DNA from: a virus
Direction: 5' to 3' (one strand)
IMG/VR virus record: IMGVR_UViG_3300038620_000126
Location: 46,247 to 110,246 of that record
Length of the DNA: 64,000 nucleotides
Shown: one piece after another, positions 49,124 through 60,200 of the stretch
How the letters are laid out: each line of letters opens with the position of its first letter
Position numbering within the stretch: the stretch's first letter is position 1
Notes under the pieces: generated by a model
What the model was told of the DNA's origin: nothing
The model's database searches: none
What the model saw: the letters and a program-made list of their open reading frames with translations, nothing else
Translations under genes and position numbers: made by a program

Positions 49124-49645
49124 CTAACTAAGATTAATGTCAGTAGGTTGAAATGTTTCTGTATAATAGCAGTTACAAGTTGGAACAACCTGTGCTTTAC
49201 GAATTCCAATTAAATCTTCTTCACTCAAGTTTTCAATTTTTTTGTAAGAATTCTTTTTATTTATTGTTGTGTCTTTTACCTGAAGGTAAAAAGCATAGCC
49301 ACCATCTTCAAACTTCAATCCTTCGGGCTTTTTATTCGACAGATTACCTTTGCTTTTTTTATAAATAACCTTTTGCCTTTCTAAATAAACATTGTTGTAT
49401 AAATAATAGCTGTAAAAATTTTTTATAGAATCAACTGCTTTTTTGGCAATGTCCATATCATAAAACTCTATTAGCTCTCCCGATTTACTTTTAAGAGGAA
49501 ACGAAGAATTTTCAATTGTTGAATCAATAACTGATTCATTAAAATCCAAGTTAGTATTAGGATAGTTTAGATTATCTAATTCAAGTTGCGTAATATTTTT
49601 GTTTATTGTAACCACGATAACATAAGGTGGTGGATGAACGCGCAT
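49124..49645 (-). CDS. hypothetical protein
   Basis: Operon member. Confidence 0.6.
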   Translation of the reverse strand: MRVHPPPYVIVVTINKNITQLELDNLNYPNTNLDFNESVIDSTIENSSFPLKSKSGELIEFYDMDIAKKAVDSIKNFYSYYLYNNVYLERQKVIYKKSKGNLSNKKPEGLKFEDGGYAFYLQVKDTTINKKNSYKKIENLSEEDLIGIRKAQVVPTCNCYYTETFQPTDINLS

Positions 49646-49649
49646 AAGA

Positions 49650-50204
49650 CTAAATATTGAGTTTGTAATTGTTTTCTACAAGTCTTTTTTTAATAATATA
49701 AAACTTTTGTTTTTTTAGTTTGTTAACAATGTTACACAAAATTTTTTCTATTTTATAACAAATAGGATGAAAATGTATATCATCCGCATCTGTTCTTTCA
49801 TGCGAGATGTTTTCAATTGTTCTAATATAGTTTAAAAATTCAACATGTTCATTTTGCAAAATTTTATCATACTTTTTATCATTTGCCGACCGTTCATAAT
49901 ACTTGCCCTGATTAAAAAGATCATACAAAACAATAAAAACTTTAGAAAAAAGTTTTTTTAATTCTCTTGTCATATTTATAACTTCATTTTGTCCTACATA
50001 GTTGTCAGTTATGACATAATTTTTATACGTTTCTATTTCACGTAAAGTATTTTGAACACGATTTTTTAATTGCATTCTATACATAATAGCCATGCTGTTA
50101 GCATCAGGTATTTTGTCAACTTCTGTTAAAATAGAATAAAGAAGTGGTTCTAAATTAGACAAGTCATTATATGCCATGTCGGATTCTTGGTTGCTTAAGT
50201 ACAT
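49650..50204 (-). CDS. hypothetical helical protein
   Basis: Operon member. Confidence 0.65.
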   Translation of the reverse strand: MYLSNQESDMAYNDLSNLEPLLYSILTEVDKIPDANSMAIMYRMQLKNRVQNTLREIETYKNYVITDNYVGQNEVINMTRELKKLFSKVFIVLYDLFNQGKYYERSANDKKYDKILQNEHVEFLNYIRTIENISHERTDADDIHFHPICYKIEKILCNIVNKLKKQKFYIIKKRLVENNYKLNI

Positions 50205-50230
50205 TTTTAATGTTTTTTAACTGGTTAAAA

Positions 50231-50557
50231 TTATTCATTCGCTAACCAAATGAAAAAGTTAGTGTTAACAAAACTACTCATTCCAGCCTTTTCAATTTCA
50301 TCTTTAAGTATCCAAGCTAAAGTTGAAACGGCTTCATCTACACTAGAAACTGGAAGCACCGCTAACCATTCATCACTTAATTCTGAATTGATTGAATTTA
50401 GTTCAAAAAATTGATCGGTCTTTGTTTCTGGAAGATAATCGTTCTCTATATAACCAAAGTTAATTTTTTCTCTGACTTCGGCTAAGTTATAAAGAACATT
50501 GAACATCTCAGACGGAGTAGATGGTCTGATTTGTGAATAATCTTTTAGTTCTGACAT
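50231..50557 (-). CDS. hypothetical protein
   Basis: Operon member. Confidence 0.7.
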   Translation of the reverse strand: MSELKDYSQIRPSTPSEMFNVLYNLAEVREKINFGYIENDYLPETKTDQFFELNSINSELSDEWLAVLPVSSVDEAVSTLAWILKDEIEKAGMSSFVNTNFFIWLANE

Positions 50558-50574
50558 AATTTTTTAACTTAAGG

Positions 50575-50748
50575 TTAAGAATAAATCGAAAGCAGTTTAC
50601 CCATGTTTTCTTCCCACTTTTTTTGTTTTTGACTTTCATTGCCTTTGCGGTATTTCTTAACAAGATTTACCGCATCTTCTTTAGACTTTCCGAACACCTC
50701 CTTTACTGGATGTTCTTTAGACCTTTTAATTTGTTGAATCAAGTCCAT
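50575..50748 (-). CDS. 57-aa basic early protein (not in ORF track)
   Basis: MDLIQQIKRSKEHPVKEVFGKSKEDAVNLVKKYRKGNESQKQKKWEENMGKLLSIYS, first ORF after the 50777 promoter. Confidence 0.65.
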   Translation of the reverse strand: MDLIQQIKRSKEHPVKEVFGKSKEDAVNLVKKYRKGNESQKQKKWEENMGKLLSIYS

Positions 50749-50776
50749 AATTTATAAGTTTTAGTTTTGACTAGTA

Positions 50777-50807
50777 CAAATATAATGCATTATTGAATAC
50801 CTGTCAA
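50777..50807 (-). promoter_or_regulatory. early/host-RNAP promoter TTGACA-N17-TATATTTG heading the 39-50 kb cluster
   Basis: Third copy of the motif; sits at the structural/early module boundary. Confidence 0.72.
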
Positions 50808-50837
50808 TAGCAAAAGTGTAAAAAGTCAAATTACTTT

Positions 50838-51632
50838 TTAGTTAGTGATTCTGTAACTTACACCAAACCCTGCTTGAACACCTGGTTGTAGTCTTTGATT
50901 AAAGGGGTTGTAGTTTAGCCCCGCACCTACATAAGTGCCCAACTCTAAACGCTTAAAGAACCCGTCTTGTTTTTCAGATTCTGGGATTATACGCGCACCT
51001 TTTAATCTACCAACTCTAACATCGTCTTGAAGTGGTTTAACAAAAACTTCACGATATCCATCTTTTTCTCTTTGTCCAATTACTAAATCAACTTCAAACC
51101 GGCTTCTGCTTATATTGGATTCTATATTATTTAAACCATGTATTTCTGAAAAATAATATGTAGAATCATTTTCAAAAAGTTTTTTTCCTACGCCGTGCGA
51201 AATGTTAAATGAGCTGTTTCCTGTAAACACTCTGCTGGAATCCGAATTAGTGTAGTTCCAACTAATTTTATAACGATTAGAATCCAGTTTAACATAATCA
51301 GATTTTACATCTTTATATTGCGTGTCAGTAATAACTTTTGTTTTATTAATAGTTTTAACATTTTTTCCATCGTTCAATGACTTAATTTCATCATAAAGTT
51401 CTGGAAAATTATCTTTTATATCTTTTATACTTGATATATCATATGTTCCAGTTGAATATACGTCTTTTCCACCTTCACGTGTTTTTCTCAAACTATCTTT
51501 CAATGCTTTAACATTTTGCTTTTGTTTATTTACTTCATTCTCTTTTGATTTAAGTGAAGTAAATAAGAATATGTTAGCACCGACGGACAAAATTATTAGT
51601 CCCAAGCCGATATATGTTAATGTGTTTTTCAT
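50838..51632 (-). CDS. spanin-like membrane protein
   Basis: N-terminal TM helix, coiled coil, C-terminal glycine-rich amphipathic beta hairpin ending GFGVSYRITN; late promoter motif at 51645-51652. Confidence 0.5.
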   Translation of the reverse strand: MKNTLTYIGLGLIILSVGANIFLFTSLKSKENEVNKQKQNVKALKDSLRKTREGGKDVYSTGTYDISSIKDIKDNFPELYDEIKSLNDGKNVKTINKTKVITDTQYKDVKSDYVKLDSNRYKISWNYTNSDSSRVFTGNSSFNISHGVGKKLFENDSTYYFSEIHGLNNIESNISRSRFEVDLVIGQREKDGYREVFVKPLQDDVRVGRLKGARIIPESEKQDGFFKRLELGTYVGAGLNYNPFNQRLQPGVQAGFGVSYRITN

Positions 51633-51651
51633 GATTTTTTACTGTATTTAT

Positions 51652-54186
51652 TTAATCAGGAAGATTGGATATAGGAGTAGTATTACCAGAACTTAAGTCA
51701 TAAGCAGTTGCACCTGTTAGATATTTAAGATTAAAGTTTGGATAACCACCACTTAATCCAACGAACAAACCGACAGGTAGACTATTCACAAACGTTAAAC
51801 CCATATAAGCAGTTTCTGCAATATGATACACAGTACCAGATGATAATTCGTTAGAGAAAATTGGATTTTCAGCTCTATAGTAATCATTTTCTATATAGTC
51901 AGTATTAGATTGGTTAGCTAATTGGGTAAGAACAGGATCTCTATATACTCTAGCATTGGAACCATAAAATTTTTGAGCTTGTGCTGGAGCAGTAAAATCC
52001 TCAAATTCAAGTCTTGGAAATGTAAATTGATCTCTATCTACATTAATATTAGAAAACTGACTCCAAGCAGGAGAAGCTAAATATAAAGCTCCACTCCCAG
52101 CAAGTTTTTCTGTATTGGCAATTTCAATATCATACCCTTCTAAAATATTAAGAGCTTTTAAAGATTCCCAATAGTTTATACTACCACTACGACTAAAAAA
52201 CACAATACCAGATAAATCAAATCTAGAACAAGATAGTGGAGTATTATTACCATCATTTAGAATATTGTCCAAAGAAACCTGAATTTTTGACACTGGGTTT
52301 TCTATATTTATAAGTAAATAAGTTTTAATAAAATAAACATTTATTCCATCCGCTTTTTCGAAATAAACGTTAGGTGGGTTAGAGGAGTTTTGTCTTCTAT
52401 GAAGACCAATATCAGCTAATAAAAACGCATCTTTATCAAAGGGAATTTCAGTACCAGTTGGTGGATTTAATGGATAACCATCCACTCTATTAGAAAGTGT
52501 ATTTGGAGCAGCTTGTGGATCATAAGTGTCATATATTGAACCATTTTCATCAAGAAAATAAAGTTGTGTTTTTTCAAATGGTTTAACAATTGTTCCGTTA
52601 TTTTTTAAAGTATTAAAACTAACAGTTACAGTTTTAGGAAATGTAGCAGCTGGATTAAACTTATCACTTGGAAACCCCCAAAATTCACCACTAATATCTT
52701 TACTAACATTTTTAATACCAATTTCTTCAGTTAAAGTTTTTTCAACATGATCCGAATTATTCAAACCAATTTTTCCGAATTCAAAGAAACCTTGACCAGA
52801 AGAAAGTAAGTTAGTGTTTTCCTTATAAAAAAGCGGCCTTTCTTTTGATGATCCAGTAGTTTTTGAATTAACTAACGATTCATCACTAAAAATTCTTTTC
52901 GTGTTTGGACTATTACTAAAGTTATAATCATTTACTTCAAATAATAACTTTGATGCCTGTGAATCTTCAATACTAAAATACGTTGCATTACTATCTTCAG
53001 ACTTTACTTGAACAGCTCCATTAAACCGTATAAAATCAGTTGTTACATCTAAAACATTATCATAATTTGAATCTTGTTGAAAATACATTCTACCAAAATT
53101 AGACCAAACATCAAAAAGCCCGCTGTCACCCAAATTGGCATAAAAATAATTAGTAAGATCTTTAATAGTTGTTGGGCTTCCTACATTATTAACAAAGTAA
53201 CCAAAACCTTCATAATTTAACTTATCATAACTGGTAACATCTATGTCATAAGTATTGTTACTAGAGCCAGCCAAAAATAAGAAAGAACTATCTTTTAGTG
53301 CTGACGGTGGGTTGCTTGGATTATTTGTTAACGATGAATCTTGAGGGGGTTTGTAATTTCCACTACTAATTCCAGTATGAAATAAATGTTTTCCATTTGG
53401 ATCAGTCAAACTAAGACCTCCTGGTTCAGTAATATCAACTATAGAAAAGTTAAGATTTTGATGAAAAACAAATTCTATATCGTTTTGAATTGTAGTATTG
53501 CCCGATGGAGTTCCACTATATGGATTATCTTGAGCGCGGCTTTGAACCCTTAAAAGTTCACCTATATAATTTCCATTATCTTCAGCGATTGTAAAATTCA
53601 AAAATTCTTGATTATCTCTATCACTTAAATGTGATCTAAAACGCGTGTTAAAACTACTATTTAATTGATTGGCTATATTACCTCTAAAAGTATCTTCCCC
53701 CAAAATAAGTTGTCTAAATAAACTATTGTTATTATCCGTATAAGTGTTTAAAAAAACCGCATTATCAACCTTTGAACCCGAAACCAGTGCTTTTTCAAAA
53801 AACTGGTTAGCACCTGCTACAACACTAGCAAGATCAACTAGCAGCGCATATGTATCATTACTTTTATCATATTGATAAATTTTAGCACCTTTATTAATTA
53901 CAAAATCATCATCTTTAATAGTAGGAAAAGTGGTTGTAGATGGGTTCTGATCTTTATCAAAATAAAACCAAGTTAACCCATCCTCTCCAGATTCTCCTTG
54001 TGGCCCCTGTGGGCCTGTGGCTCCGGGTATCCCCCTATCACCCTTTTCACCTTTTTCACCTTGAGGTCCGCCTCCACATTGTAGAATTTGGTCAAAGTTA
54101 AAATTTACTTTATCTACAAAATTAGATATATTATCACCTTCATTTATATTTTTTATATTGGGAATACAGCGGTCGTCTTGAGCCAT
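51652..54186 (-). CDS. collagen-repeat tail fibre protein
   Basis: DKVNFNFDQI N-terminal motif, then GPQGEKGEKGDRGIPGATGPQGPQGESGEDG. Confidence 0.75.
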   Translation of the reverse strand: MAQDDRCIPNIKNINEGDNISNFVDKVNFNFDQILQCGGGPQGEKGEKGDRGIPGATGPQGPQGESGEDGLTWFYFDKDQNPSTTTFPTIKDDDFVINKGAKIYQYDKSNDTYALLVDLASVVAGANQFFEKALVSGSKVDNAVFLNTYTDNNNSLFRQLILGEDTFRGNIANQLNSSFNTRFRSHLSDRDNQEFLNFTIAEDNGNYIGELLRVQSRAQDNPYSGTPSGNTTIQNDIEFVFHQNLNFSIVDITEPGGLSLTDPNGKHLFHTGISSGNYKPPQDSSLTNNPSNPPSALKDSSFLFLAGSSNNTYDIDVTSYDKLNYEGFGYFVNNVGSPTTIKDLTNYFYANLGDSGLFDVWSNFGRMYFQQDSNYDNVLDVTTDFIRFNGAVQVKSEDSNATYFSIEDSQASKLLFEVNDYNFSNSPNTKRIFSDESLVNSKTTGSSKERPLFYKENTNLLSSGQGFFEFGKIGLNNSDHVEKTLTEEIGIKNVSKDISGEFWGFPSDKFNPAATFPKTVTVSFNTLKNNGTIVKPFEKTQLYFLDENGSIYDTYDPQAAPNTLSNRVDGYPLNPPTGTEIPFDKDAFLLADIGLHRRQNSSNPPNVYFEKADGINVYFIKTYLLINIENPVSKIQVSLDNILNDGNNTPLSCSRFDLSGIVFFSRSGSINYWESLKALNILEGYDIEIANTEKLAGSGALYLASPAWSQFSNINVDRDQFTFPRLEFEDFTAPAQAQKFYGSNARVYRDPVLTQLANQSNTDYIENDYYRAENPIFSNELSSGTVYHIAETAYMGLTFVNSLPVGLFVGLSGGYPNFNLKYLTGATAYDLSSGNTTPISNLPD

Positions 54187-54210
54187 TGTTTATATTGTTA
54201 TTTTTACTAT

Positions 54211-57200
54211 TTATTCTTTTTCTAATTCAACGGAAAATGAAACAGCGTTTGTACTATTATCATTTAATCTGTAAGTTCCTGTAATTACTAGGTCTTCAGA
54301 TATTGAATTAATACTAACATTTTTATTGGGAATGAATCCATTTTGAAATTTTTGTGTATCAGAAATATTAGTTTGTACTAATTCTATTTGTTGATTTTGT
54401 TTTAGTGTTTTTGTAAACAAAATTAAATTCTTTAGAGTATATTCATTTACCACGTTAGCATCAAAGTATCTGCGAATATAGTCATCTATGCTACCATTAC
54501 TAGAAAAGTTCGACCAGTCTGGATTAATATAATTTTCAAAATAGCTTCTTGACTGTTCTACAAAGTTTTCTAACATTCTACGTTTTAAGTTAATCTTAAA
54601 ATTAAGTTGCAGCCCATTTCTTTGATGGAAAATATCATTACCTTCAAAAACTTTAGTGCTAATATTGTTTATATCATTGACTTCAGTTGATTTAAAGGTT
54701 TCAAAGTATAACCTTTTGGGTATTGCCATGCGTTTTGATCCCATATACGCCTTTTCTTCCACAAATTCACGGCTTCCAACTATTGGAATATCTTGTTTAT
54801 TAAGATTTGTCTTTCTATAGTAACCAGAATCCCAGTTAGAAAGCCAAATAGGCATTGACCTATTATTAATGGAATTTTCACCTACTAAAAAGTAGAAACT
54901 TGGAAAAACTTGGTTATTTGAAAGATTTAATATATTCTGGTTTTCATAGTTTATTCTTAAATACCATTCTTCAGGAATCTTTCCAATATTTTCATTATAA
55001 TTAATTTCAACATTTTCTAAAAATAATTGATTTTTTGAAAATTCAATGTTATCATTTTTGAACCTGTTAAGACTTGTTTTAAGCTCTTGAAATGTTGTAT
55101 CAAAAGTTTCATTTATTGTTTCAATATTAAAAGTGGTCAGCGGGTTTTCATCAAATATTGCTTCAGTATAATTATTAAATTCAACTGGTGTTTGATAAAG
55201 ATTAGGATAAACATTCAAAAACTTAGTAAACATGTAATCAACAGATACTGGTAAATCATAAGAACAGAAACTCAATAAATTATAAAATATAGGTTCATAG
55301 TATCCACTGAACCGATTAAAGTTTTTAGGTTTGCTTAAATCAAAACTTTCTAAATTATAACCTATTGTATCTTTAAGTTGAAGCTCACCGGGTTTATTTG
55401 TATCTTTAACAACATTAACATCTTCATTTTTTGTAAATGTGTCGTATTTTACAAATTCAATGAGAAACTCGTTAGTTGTTTTAATTTGATTTCCATTATT
55501 ATCCCAATCATAGCTTTCATAACCCACAAGTGGATTTCCGTTATTTACCATTTCAGCAATACTGGAATATGATAAGTCTTTTATTACATCCTGAAAATAA
55601 CTAACACCTCCATATTCATAAAAGTAACTTGTTTCATCAACATTGAAGTTACCGAATAATGAATTTTTTACTATCCATGGAGATGAATAGATAAACTGAT
55701 CTTCAACATTAATAACAGCAGAACTAGCTACAGATGGTTCAAACCCTATTGAAAAAGTGTTAATTTCATTTATAGGTAAATGGTAAGGCAAACTACCTTC
55801 GCGAAGAACTGGATCATAAAAACTAATTATAGAACTAGATGGATTAGGATACAACGTTTTACCAGAATTTTGAAGATGACCATTAAATTTTGGACTAAAG
55901 TTATTAGAACTTTTATCAAATTTTGGAAAGTTATTATCAGGATTTGCGTATATTCGTTCATAATAACGAAGTGAATCATTTTGCTCTAAAAGCCCCCAAT
56001 TATTATTAACTAAACTAAAGTCTGATTTGTAACTATTATAAATGTTATACCAACGAGACCCTATTCTTCCAGTAGATTCCGAATCAAATATTATTAAAGA
56101 ACTGTAGTCATTAACTTTATTTGATTTATCTAAAATTTCTTTTGTTCCACCTACATAAAATGGAAAGTTTTCATATTTGCCAATGTTTACTTGTTTTAAC
56201 TGTTTACCAACAAAGCTTTCAGTTTCGCTTAACATCGTGGGTATTTGCTCATAATCAGACTGCGTTAAATCAAGTTTATCATTTATCCAAACACCATAAG
56301 TAAAAAATGGAGCTTTTTGGTTTGCAGGTGGTGGTCCATAAGTAGAAAAAAGTTCATTACCCTGTGAACTATAACTAATTTGTGAAAGATATGAATCATA
56401 TATAAACGGTATGCCATATTCATAATGAAAAATATTATTATTAAAATGATCTTTTTTCCATTTTAAATCATTAAGACTATAAAGTGCAGTATATGTAGGA
56501 GTGAATTTATATTCATTAAAATCTTTAATAACTTCATCATAGTTTCCTTTCAAAAGTTTATAATCTTCTAAGTAAACATCTATTAACATTACAATTGTTT
56601 CGAATGCTTTATTTTCTATAAACCTAATACTATAAGGGGTGTTAAATTCATTACCACTATTTTTATTAAAACGCATAAGAACCGAGAACTTGTAGTTATC
56701 AAAGCGATTTGAATCAGCAACAATTGGTATGTCGTCTAAATTAAAATTTACAGGGGTACTCGTATCGGCTCTTTCTTTTATTTCAAGGCGACCCCCTCTA
56801 AAAAATGTAAATGACGTTCCAAAATTTGAATTATATTCAAACAAACTAAACCTTTGTTGACGTTCATTTAACTTAAACTTTTCTTTCTTTTTGTACGAAA
56901 CTTTTGGTAAAGTATTAGTGCCCAAGTCTCTAAGTTCTACACTACTAACATTGTAGTAAAAGTTTCTCGAAACGGACTGCCCAATATTATGATAGTTTGT
57001 ATCAAACTTCTCATTAGTGTAAATTTGTGGATTAAAAAATTCTAACATTTCATTTTCCACATTAATTATATTTGAAACTTCACTAGAGAGAACTAAATTA
57101 CTATTAATGTTTATAAAATCTCGAACAATATTAAAAGTTTTAGGTCCAGTTTTAGTTATTTTATGTTCAACTTTAACACCTAAACTAGTATCTTCAAGTA

Positions 57201-60200
57201 ATGGTGGAAATATATTATCTAAAACAGCACCATTAGCAACGTTTATGATAAAGTTCAAACCTTGACCAGAAGAAGGAATTTCCCTTTCATTTAATTTAAG
57301 ATTATTTTTAACAACTTTATTAACATTTGAGTATTCACTATTTTTGTGATCAATTCCATAAATTATTAATAAAAGAAACCTTCCTTTATTATCGCTAAAT
57401 CTTCCATACTTATTATAAACTTTATAAGTGATTGGTTTAAGAGTCTGGCTTGTATTCCATGAATTACTTTTGTTTTGATAATCTGATATACTTACAACAG
57501 GATAAAATCTATTTACTTGAGAAGATACTGGTTGATTTGAAAAATTAGTTGCATCCCAATTATAAGCAGAGTTTAACCTGTAACCTTCTTTTTTATATAC
57601 AAGTGCATTTTCATTAGGATTTTCATAATCTGGATTTATCAAATTAGGAACTTTAAGCCTCATTCCAAAGTAGTTTTTAGTATCAAAAGTATCATAATGT
57701 TTTGGATAATATGACTGGCCTAATCCAACAGGTTCACCATTAAAAATACCATAGTTATTTTTAATGGGGGTGTTATCAGTGGATGATTCGGAATAATAAA
57801 TATAAGAATCTCTAAGTTTTACACTTAATTTATCACCCGCGTTTATTGTATTGAGGTCATCATCTGTAATATTAGTAATATATAAACTTCCATAGTTAAT
57901 ATAAGCAGGTGCAAAATCCCAACTAAAAGGTTGATTTCCTAAATCAATTCGGGATATATTATCATTCAACTGATTAATGTTAATTTGAAAATTAAAAGTT
58001 TTAACTTCAGTTTCTGAAATTTCAAAAGAAGTTAAATCATAATCTAAAGGTGGTTCATTTTCGGGGTTTGAATTGTTGTCATTTGAGCTGGGTGGTCTTT
58101 GGTACTCATAATCCAAAGAAACACTTAAATATCCATTATTAACATCTGTTTGTGTTACTTCGTAAGATATATTTTTATCTAAAACATCTACTTTATTTTT
58201 TTCACCATAAACCGGAATGGTGGCATAAGGCGTGTTAGATATAACATATGGATGCAAAACAGGTAAAGGAACTTGATTAAAGTTATAATCACCTTGTTGA
58301 ACGAGTACAGGAACCTTTAGTGTTTGTTTTTGTGTATCTTCTTCATAGTTTAAGTTAAATCCAATAGACTGCGTGCTATTTGGATTAGTAAGACTTATTA
58401 AAGCGGGATTATAAACACTAATTTCACCAAAAAGAATCTTGTAAGTTTTTTCCTGTGAATTTTGAATATTAATTTCAAAACACTTAAATGCTTTATTAAC
58501 TGGAACGCCGTTTTCAATTACATGTTCATAAACAATACCTTTATCAACTATATCATAAAAACTGCTATTGAAATTTTCTAAAAATTCAAGTTCCAAAAAG
58601 TCTGGCATCAAATTGTAAAAAGTTGAACCACCACTCTTTTCATAGACATTAAAGGGTTTGATGCCTACAACAATATCTAAAAATCCAGTTTGACTATTAA
58701 ATTCATCTTCTGTTTCTAAAACAAAATTTGGAAGATTTACTTCATAAAACTTTTTTCCATTAGAGTCAAATTTAACAGTAGTTTCAACGTGTGATAATTG
58801 ACTGTTAAGATTAACACTAACTGGGTGATTCGGGTTAAGTCCTGTTGGATATTGGTTTGCGTTGTTCAGTACAAAATCTTGACTTACATCTTTATTATTT
58901 GAACTCGTATAAAGAATATTAGGATAATTAACATTCTGCTCTTTTTCAGTTAGTTCAAATGATATTGGTTTTTGGGGAACTTCATAGTCATCCCTGGGGC
59001 CTGTTACACCGTCATGTAAAATTTTAATACTAGGCTCATACCAAATTTTAATATCTGATATACAGTCTAATACAACTTTATTTTCATTATTTTTAGTATC
59101 GTAATAAACATTCCTAATTTCTAAGTTTGCGGTAGATCCAAATTCATCATAACTATAACTAAAAGTTCCACCGATTAAATCAGTTATATCTTGTACATCA
59201 ACTTCACTAACATTAAGATAAACCAAACAATGATGCGGGTTATCATTAACCCACCTTCCATTAGGAGTGTTTGGTTGAAATTTTTTTCCATTTTGTTTTA
59301 CTTGTGTTTCTATCAGGTCTTGTAACGGAACACTTAAATTTGAAAAATCAAATTCTTCACTTGAATTATCATAAGTATAATCAAATCTAGTGTACGGAAA
59401 TTCGAACTCAATATTATCTAAAGTAAACTCAAAAGTTTTTTCATCTTTTGATTCTACATCTTCAACAGTAAAATAATCAAGAAAATAATCATAATATGGA
59501 TTAAGATAATTATGAATACTAAAGTCTTTATTAAAGTAACTTACGTTTTTATCAGATAGTCCATAAGTTTCAGGGGTGCCTTCTAAATAATACCATTCAT
59601 GGGTAAACTTGGTTGGATCATTATCACTAAGATCAAACGAAGGTGAAAAGTTTTGTGGGCCAAACGCATCATTGGCATTAAGACGATATGGATTTCCTCT
59701 AACATCTTTTCCACCTTTTAAGCGCCACTTCGCTATACTAGGCGACAACTTACCCAATGGAAATAGTTCAGTATTAAATAGTTCTTTATAATGTTCATAC
59801 TCAGATGATAAATTTAATGAAATTAAACTATCATACTTAGCATTAACTGTATTTTCTATATTTGTAGATTCATTAGGAACTAATCCTTTAATACCAATAA
59901 AGTCCTTTAAGTCTTCTTCAAATTCAATTGTGTTTTCATCAAACACATAAAAGTCTAAGTCATTAGAATTAACAACATTGGCAAATTGAGATGGGTTAAA
60001 AGTTTTCAACTTAAATTCACTGCTTTGAGTATCTTGTTCAAACAAAGGTAGTTTTTTAGAAATCCATTCGTACTTTATGAAATATTTTTCATTTTCATCA
60101 AGCGTTAAAAATGGATAAAATGATTTAAATTCATTTCTGTTTATTAAATCAGATAACAAAGTAGTATAAAACTTTTCAAAAGATATAAACATTATATTCT

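Noticed and set aside
23065-50204. Shared basic C-terminal motif (e.g. LRKLKIK, YYKLK) in several early proteins as a second targeting signal
   Set aside because: Too degenerate to separate by eye from the Lys/Leu-rich background of an AT-rich genome
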